Assembly: GCA_026417995.1 (NCBI GenBank)
Contig: JAOACF010000004.1
Span: forward strand, 1 to 41,116
Length of the DNA: 41,116 bases
Origin: Negativicutes bacterium
GTDB lineage: Bacteria; Bacillota; Negativicutes; Sporomusales; JAOACF01
Reading direction: 5' to 3'
The position numbers and the translations under genes were made by a program. Of this stretch, positions 35,989 to 41,116 are shown in pieces. Position 1 is the stretch's first letter; each line of letters starts with the position of its first letter. The notes under the pieces are model-generated. The model made no database searches. It was not told the DNA's origin and saw only the letters and a program-made list of their open reading frames with translations.

Positions 35989-36978
35989 ATGCAGGAACTA
36001 TATCTGGAAAAGCCCGGTGAGCTCACGCTGCGGGTAAGTTCGCCGCTCCCGGCGCCGCAAAGCAACGAAGTAAAAATCAAAATTTTATACGCGGGACTAT
36101 GTGGTTCTGATCTTCGGGTTTATAAAGGAAGCATTGCCTATGCAAAATACCCGTCCCGTCCCGGACATGAAGCGCTCGGTGTTGTCGTTGCGGCCGGAAG
36201 CGCCTCATCCTTAAAGGCCGGCGATAAAGTTGTCATTTTCCCCAATACCTTCTGCGGGCAATGTAAACTTTGCCGTCAGGGACAGACAAATATCTGCCGG
36301 GAAAAGAAGTCATTTGGCATTAATGCTCCGGGTGTATTTGGCAGTGAGGTTATTGCCGACGCCAAGTTTGTTGTAAAAATTCCTCAATATCTGCCGGATG
36401 AAAAGGCGGTTCTGGTCGAGCCGTTTGCCGTGACTGTGCATGCGCTCAAAAAAGCGGCGATCACTCCCGAAACAACGGTGGCAGTGGTAGGCTGCGGCAC
36501 AGAAGGATTGCTTGCAATAGCGCTGGCTAATTACCTCGGCGGCAAGATCACGGCAGTAGACATTAATCCGGCAAAGCTTCAAATGGCCAGAAGCTTCGGT
36601 GATATTCGCACATTGCTGCCGCAAGACGTTGAGGGAGAAGCGTTTGATGTTGTCATTGAGGCAGCTGGGGTGAAGCTGTCAATTGAGCAGGCAATGCGGT
36701 TGGTACGGCCGGGCGGCAGGTTGATTGTCATAGGGATTACGGGCGAGCAGGTTGATTTTCCGGTAATCCATGTCGTGCGCAACGAAATTACTATTTTTGG
36801 CACTATTATCTATACAATAGAAGATTTTAAGGATGCGATAACCTATTTGTCCGATCCGGCCTTTCCTGCTGATGGCGTATTGTCGAAAATAGTTCCTTAT
36901 ACTGAATTCAGCCAAGCTTATGCTGACGCCCTTTCAGGCAATTATGCCAAGATTGTGCTGGATTTTAGGGGAGCATAG
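35989..36978 (+). CDS. Zn-dependent medium-chain dehydrogenase (copy 2, paralog of 15002..15997)
   Basis: CGSDLRVYKG, RPGHE, CGQCKLC...C, EPFAVTVHALKKA and GCGTEG. ATG lies 1 nt after the aroD stop. Confidence 0.88.
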   Translation: MQELYLEKPGELTLRVSSPLPAPQSNEVKIKILYAGLCGSDLRVYKGSIAYAKYPSRPGHEALGVVVAAGSASSLKAGDKVVIFPNTFCGQCKLCRQGQTNICREKKSFGINAPGVFGSEVIADAKFVVKIPQYLPDEKAVLVEPFAVTVHALKKAAITPETTVAVVGCGTEGLLAIALANYLGGKITAVDINPAKLQMARSFGDIRTLLPQDVEGEAFDVVIEAAGVKLSIEQAMRLVRPGGRLIVIGITGEQVDFPVIHVVRNEITIFGTIIYTIEDFKDAITYLSDPAFPADGVLSKIVPYTEFSQAYADALSGNYAKIVLDFRGA

Positions 36979-37099
36979 CGCCTGAAATTTACACTTGTAA
37001 ACAATCTTTTTATAACAGCCAAATAAGGAAGGAGGATAGTTTTTTTCTTCGAAATACAATTCTAATGCTAAGTTTTAATTTTGAAGGGGTGAATGTGTA

Positions 37100-38128
37100 A
37101 TGTCGAAAAAATTTGCCTGGGCAGTATTAGTTCTGGTGACGGTTGCTCTGATCGCAGCCGGCTGCGGCGGCACAACTGCCAAAAAAGATGCCTTCCCGAC
37201 AACTAACATTAACGGTACGATTGCCTGGGGCGCCGGCGGCGGCACTGACAACGTCATGCGTACCCTTGCGCCGATTGCTGAGAAGCAACTTGGCAAATCA
37301 ATCGTTCTCTCTAACAAGCCCGGCGCGGCCGGTGCTATTGCTACCCAGTATGTTTATGACCAAAAAGCCGACGGTTACAACCTGCTCATGAATGCGGAAA
37401 ATCCGCAGCTCTATCAGATCCTCGGCCTTTCCAAGCTGTCTTATAACGACTTTGAGCCTATTTTGCTGGCAGTTCAAGGTTCTACCGTTATTGTCGTACC
37501 GAAAGATTCTCCGTATAAAACGCTTGATGACCTCCTCAAGGCGGCAAAAGCCAACCCCGGCAAACTGACCATCGGTATCAGCGGTGTTGGCGGCCAGCCT
37601 TACGTGACTGCTGCTATCCTGAAAAAGGTGGAGGGTGTAACCTTTAACCCCGTAACTTTTGACGGCGACGGCCCGCTGGTGACCGCACTTCTTGGCAAGC
37701 AGCTCGACGTTACCGGCTTGGCTGTCGGTGCGGCCACTCAGTACATTAAAAACGGCGACCTGCGGGCGCTGGCCGTAATGGCTACCAAGCAAAATCCCGC
37801 TATCCCTGAAGTTCCGGCAATCACCCAACTGAATCCCGCTTACCAGGATGTGCTGAAAGCCTCGGGCTTCTTCTATGGCGTATGGGTTAAGAAGGGTACG
37901 CCGGAAGACGTTATCAAGAAATTGACTGATGCGTACATGGTAGCGTACAAAGATCCTAAATTCCAGGAATATGCGCAAAAGAACGGCTTGACGCTGATGG
38001 GGCTCACCGACAAGGAAGCAAAAGACTTTGCCGCTCAGTGGCAATCGCAAATGGCCTGGCTGATTTATGAGGCCGGCGGCGCAAAAGAATCGCCCGAGAA
38101 GTTTAACATTCCGAAACCCGCGAAGTAA
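37100..38128 (+). CDS. tctC: TTT substrate-binding lipoprotein (copy 2)
   Basis: Lipobox AAGC, WGAGGGTD..MR, NKPGAAG and DGYNLL. Confidence 0.88.
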   Translation: MSKKFAWAVLVLVTVALIAAGCGGTTAKKDAFPTTNINGTIAWGAGGGTDNVMRTLAPIAEKQLGKSIVLSNKPGAAGAIATQYVYDQKADGYNLLMNAENPQLYQILGLSKLSYNDFEPILLAVQGSTVIVVPKDSPYKTLDDLLKAAKANPGKLTIGISGVGGQPYVTAAILKKVEGVTFNPVTFDGDGPLVTALLGKQLDVTGLAVGAATQYIKNGDLRALAVMATKQNPAIPEVPAITQLNPAYQDVLKASGFFYGVWVKKGTPEDVIKKLTDAYMVAYKDPKFQEYAQKNGLTLMGLTDKEAKDFAAQWQSQMAWLIYEAGGAKESPEKFNIPKPAK

Positions 38129-38135
38129 AGAGCGC

Positions 38136-38162
38136 GAGGGAGGAACCTCAAGTTCCTCCCTT
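38136..38162 (+). repeat. Intercistronic hairpin after tctC2
   Basis: gagggaggaac-ctcaa-gttcctccctt. Confidence 0.65.
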
Positions 38163-38196
38163 AATTATCGATTTTGTTTGAACGGAGGGCCAAAGC

Positions 38197-38691
38197 ATGT
38201 CCGAACTGCCACAAGCACAAACCGCCCACACGCCAAAGGGGAAACCGCAGAAAAAAGGCGAGCTTAAGATGCTTGCTCTCCTCTTTGTCATTTTCGGGGC
38301 CTTGTTTCTTGATTCGCTGCGCCTTGACGGCGCGTTTCAGGGACACTACAGCGGCCCCGGCGGGATACCCCAACTGGTTTCCGCCTTGATGCTTGTATTA
38401 ATAGTTGTTGCTGCCGTCAATCTGCTCAGACAGGGGTATAAAGAGGGGACATTCCAAGACATTGTTACATTCTTGTTTGATAAGGACGTAGTAATCCTGC
38501 TGATTATGGTCACGTTATACGGATTGCTGGTGGAAACGCTGACCTTTATTCCTACCAGTATCCTCTTTCTTGTCGGCACAATGTACCTCCTGGAACGCAA
38601 AAACCTGATCAGGAAGATTGTAATTTCCGTGAGCACGGTAGCTGTATTGGTACTGATCTTTTCAACGATCTTCCAGGTCGTACTGCCTTAG
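38197..38691 (+). CDS. tctB: TTT small membrane subunit
   Basis: 164 aa hydrophobic protein with GPG.IP and a C-terminal F.V.LP, between tctC and tctA. Confidence 0.85.
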   Translation: MSELPQAQTAHTPKGKPQKKGELKMLALLFVIFGALFLDSLRLDGAFQGHYSGPGGIPQLVSALMLVLIVVAAVNLLRQGYKEGTFQDIVTFLFDKDVVILLIMVTLYGLLVETLTFIPTSILFLVGTMYLLERKNLIRKIVISVSTVAVLVLIFSTIFQVVLP

Positions 38692-38712
38692 CGGGGAAGG
38701 AGGAAACACACG

Positions 38713-40227
38713 ATGTTTAATGGTTTGGAAGGGTTTTTAATACCGCTCACAAGTCTGGAACTCATCGCATACATTGCTGCCGGGGTTTTTGTCGGCATTT
38801 ATGTCGGCGCTATTCCCGGCCTGTCGGTAACTATGGCAGTATCGCTGTTGATTTCGTTCACCTTCTCCTGGGATGTTCTCCCGGCGCTGTGCGTAATGAT
38901 CGGTATCTTCAGCGGCGGCGTTTATGGCGGCGCCCGTTCGGGTATTTTGCTCAATATCCCCGGCGCGCCGGCAGCGGTGGCATCAGGCTTTGACGGCTAT
39001 CCGCTGGCAAAGATGGGCCTTGCCGGCGAAGCCATGGGGCTTAGCACTACCCAGGCAGTAATCGGCGAATTCTTCGGTATTATCATCCTCTGCCTGTTCG
39101 CCCCGCTGATCGCCAAGCTGTCCATTCTCTTTATGCCGCGCGATTATTTCCTGCTGGCCTTTATGGGCATGTTTCTGGTCGGCAGCTTAACTGAAGGCGG
39201 CTCCTTAATCAAGGCAATGATTACTGCCGGTCTCGGCATTCTCGTAGGCCTTATCGGCATGGATCCCGAGACGGGGCAAGGCCGCATGCACTTTGACACC
39301 GGCTATCTGCTCGGCGGCATCAATTTCGTAATTGTTATGATCGGGACCTTCGGCATTTCCGAAGCGCTGGTGCAACTGCAGGACAAAGTGGAGCCGGTAA
39401 AGCAGCAGGTTACCCGTATCCGTCCCACCTGGGAGGTTATTGCCAAAAACATCCCTCTTACGCTGCGATCATCGACGATTGGCGTTATTATCGGCGCTCT
39501 GCCGGGGACAGGCGGCGATATTGCCGCGCTGATGGCCTATGACCATGCTAAGCGGACGGTTAAGAATCCGCATCCCAAGCCGTTCGGTCAAGGCGCCTAT
39601 CAAGGTCTGATTGCGCCTGAGTCCGCCTGCAGCGCGGCGATCGGCGGCGCTATCATCCCGATGATGACGCTGGGTATCCCTGGCGACGCGGTAACGGCGG
39701 TGCTGATTGGCGCATTGATTATCCACGGCTTGCGTCCCGGCCCCATGTTGATGCGCGAACAGCCTGAATTCTTTTGGGTTCTGGTCGGGGCACTGTTTGT
39801 CTCAAATATTTTCCTGTATATCTTTGGTATGACCGGTATCCGCATCTTTACCAAAATCGTGGAAATTCCCAAATCGGTGCTTATTCCGATAATTGTCGTA
39901 TTGACAATTATCGGCGGCTATTCCATCCAAAACAGCATCGCCGATATTTACTGGATGATCGGCTTCGGTATTTTAGGCTATTTCTTAAAGCGGTATAATT
40001 ACCCGATCGCGGCGATGGTGCTTGGGGTTATTCTCAGCCCGATCATTGATACCAACTTCCGGCGGGGGGTAGCGATGGAGCACGGCAGTGTGTCGGCATT
40101 CTTCGGCAACATGCTTACCAGTCCGATTTCGCTCACACTAATCTTCATCATGGTTGCTACTGCTTTTATGCAGAGCTCCTATTATGACAAAATTTCCGAT
40201 AAATTGTTCAAGCGCACAAATAAATGA
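38713..40227 (+). CDS. tctA: TTT large membrane subunit
   Basis: GAIPGL, NIPGAPA, DGYP, GALPGTGG, TLGIPG and GLRPGP. Confidence 0.92.
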   Translation: MFNGLEGFLIPLTSLELIAYIAAGVFVGIYVGAIPGLSVTMAVSLLISFTFSWDVLPALCVMIGIFSGGVYGGARSGILLNIPGAPAAVASGFDGYPLAKMGLAGEAMGLSTTQAVIGEFFGIIILCLFAPLIAKLSILFMPRDYFLLAFMGMFLVGSLTEGGSLIKAMITAGLGILVGLIGMDPETGQGRMHFDTGYLLGGINFVIVMIGTFGISEALVQLQDKVEPVKQQVTRIRPTWEVIAKNIPLTLRSSTIGVIIGALPGTGGDIAALMAYDHAKRTVKNPHPKPFGQGAYQGLIAPESACSAAIGGAIIPMMTLGIPGDAVTAVLIGALIIHGLRPGPMLMREQPEFFWVLVGALFVSNIFLYIFGMTGIRIFTKIVEIPKSVLIPIIVVLTIIGGYSIQNSIADIYWMIGFGILGYFLKRYNYPIAAMVLGVILSPIIDTNFRRGVAMEHGSVSAFFGNMLTSPISLTLIFIMVATAFMQSSYYDKISDKLFKRTNK

Positions 40228-40237
40228 CGCTTTTGCG

Positions 40238-40269
40238 CTCTGCTCCGCCCTCGCGGAGCAGAGATTTTT
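40238..40269 (+). terminator. Intrinsic terminator after tctA
   Basis: ctctgctccgc-cctc-gcggagcagag followed by attttt. Confidence 0.75.
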
Positions 40270-40308
40270 GTGCTATCATGATTTTTAGGGCAACTATGGG
40301 GGGACGTC

Positions 40309-40878
40309 ATGAACTTTTCGTGGTATTTAGGGTTTGGTTGGGGGAGCATCATTCTGTTCGCACTGTTTGGCGCCGGCGCATATTATTATGCGGAAGGCTG
40401 GCTGCATTGGCTGTTTTATGCCTTTTTTGCCGTTGTCGCTGCCTATATGCTGACGCGTTTCCGGCTGTACAGGAGCGAGCCTTGGCGTCGCGTCCACCAG
40501 CGCGCTGCGATTATTCTCAGCGATTTGATCAAACAGGATGGCAACGGCAAGCACAAGCCCGATCGGATAGCGATATCCCGGCAGCTAGCCGAAAAGCTGC
40601 TGGGAAGTTGCGCCGCTGCGGCAATTAATGAGAATGGGACGCTGACGGATGCAGGGAGGAAGGCATACTACCGCGAACTGGCGGATACTTATTCTATTGT
40701 CTTTACCCGGAATTTGCCGGAGGAGAAGCATCCGGAAGCGATAAAAAGCATCATGAAGGACATCGAGGCCAGTGAATTCGGCCCGGATATTGTAATTGCC
40801 GTAGCGATAGAAAAGCAATACGGCCGCTTGGAGGCTGCCCGCTACTTACTGGCCATGGCCAGCGGTTATGCGAAATAG
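40309..40878 (+). CDS. Hypothetical membrane-anchored protein
   Basis: SD GGGGGA. Two N-terminal hydrophobic segments then a soluble domain; no family recognised. Confidence 0.7.
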   Translation: MNFSWYLGFGWGSIILFALFGAGAYYYAEGWLHWLFYAFFAVVAAYMLTRFRLYRSEPWRRVHQRAAIILSDLIKQDGNGKHKPDRIAISRQLAEKLLGSCAAAAINENGTLTDAGRKAYYRELADTYSIVFTRNLPEEKHPEAIKSIMKDIEASEFGPDIVIAVAIEKQYGRLEAARYLLAMASGYAK

Positions 40879-40920
40879 ATTTAATACGGCGGGCGCTAAT
40901 ATAGCTCATGAGGTAGCAAA

Positions 40921-41116
40921 GTGAATTGGCGAAAAAACTTGTGGTCGCTTTGGTGCGGCTGCCTGATATCCAGTTCTTCCTATACGATGATTATTCCGTT
41001 CCTGCCTCTGTATTTACTGGATTTGGGCGCTGATCAAACGAATATCAGTCTTTGGTCGGGGTTGATTTTTTCCTCCACCTTTTTTGTCAGCGCCGTTATG
41101 GCTCCCTATTGGGGGC
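40921..41116 (+). CDS. MFS transporter (MdtG/DHA1-like), 3'-truncated by the window edge
   Basis: GTG after GAGGT. Reads (M)NWRKNLWSLW...MIIPFLPLYL..LG...WSGLIFSSTF..SA.MAPYWG. Not in the ORF track. Confidence 0.85.
   Translation, partial: MNWRKNLWSLWCGCLISSSSYTMIIPFLPLYLLDLGADQTNISLWSGLIFSSTFFVSAVMAPYWG

Noticed and set aside
1-41116. CRISPR arrays, tRNA/rRNA, prophage, defence or toxin-antitoxin genes
   Set aside because: No regularly spaced repeats, RNA gene signatures or such protein motifs were seen.

Overview
A 41 kb chromosomal metabolic region from a Firmicute, most likely Negativicutes/Sporomusaceae. This is inferred from an ArsAB-type cobT, a T-box, lipoprotein solute-binding proteins and sigmaA promoters. 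No rRNA, tRNA, CRISPR array or transposase was seen. Left to right: the end of trpE and trpG; a Phe-rich leader ORF with attenuator-like hairpins ahead of pheA-aroK; a LysR-controlled glyoxylate/glycolate operon (gcl-hyi-garR-cupin-permease); a PPi-type Pfk; and a cobalamin riboswitch ahead of a single-chain ArsA-ArsB (double CobT) fusion. A roughly 27 kb catabolic stretch follows. It holds LacI + Zn-dehydrogenase + TRAP; LysR + racemase-like + split transketolase; HMG-CoA-lyase-like + ThDP enzyme + IolE/AsbF-like TIM barrel + CoA-acylating ALDH; LysR/MFS; a Tyr T-box + second aroK; and LysR + AKR + TctC + aroD + paralogous Zn-dehydrogenase + TctCBA. The leading hypothesis is a non-aromatic, inositol-pathway-like anaerobic ring-cleavage route for quinate/shikimate. 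All functional calls come from motif recognition by eye; no database searches were run.
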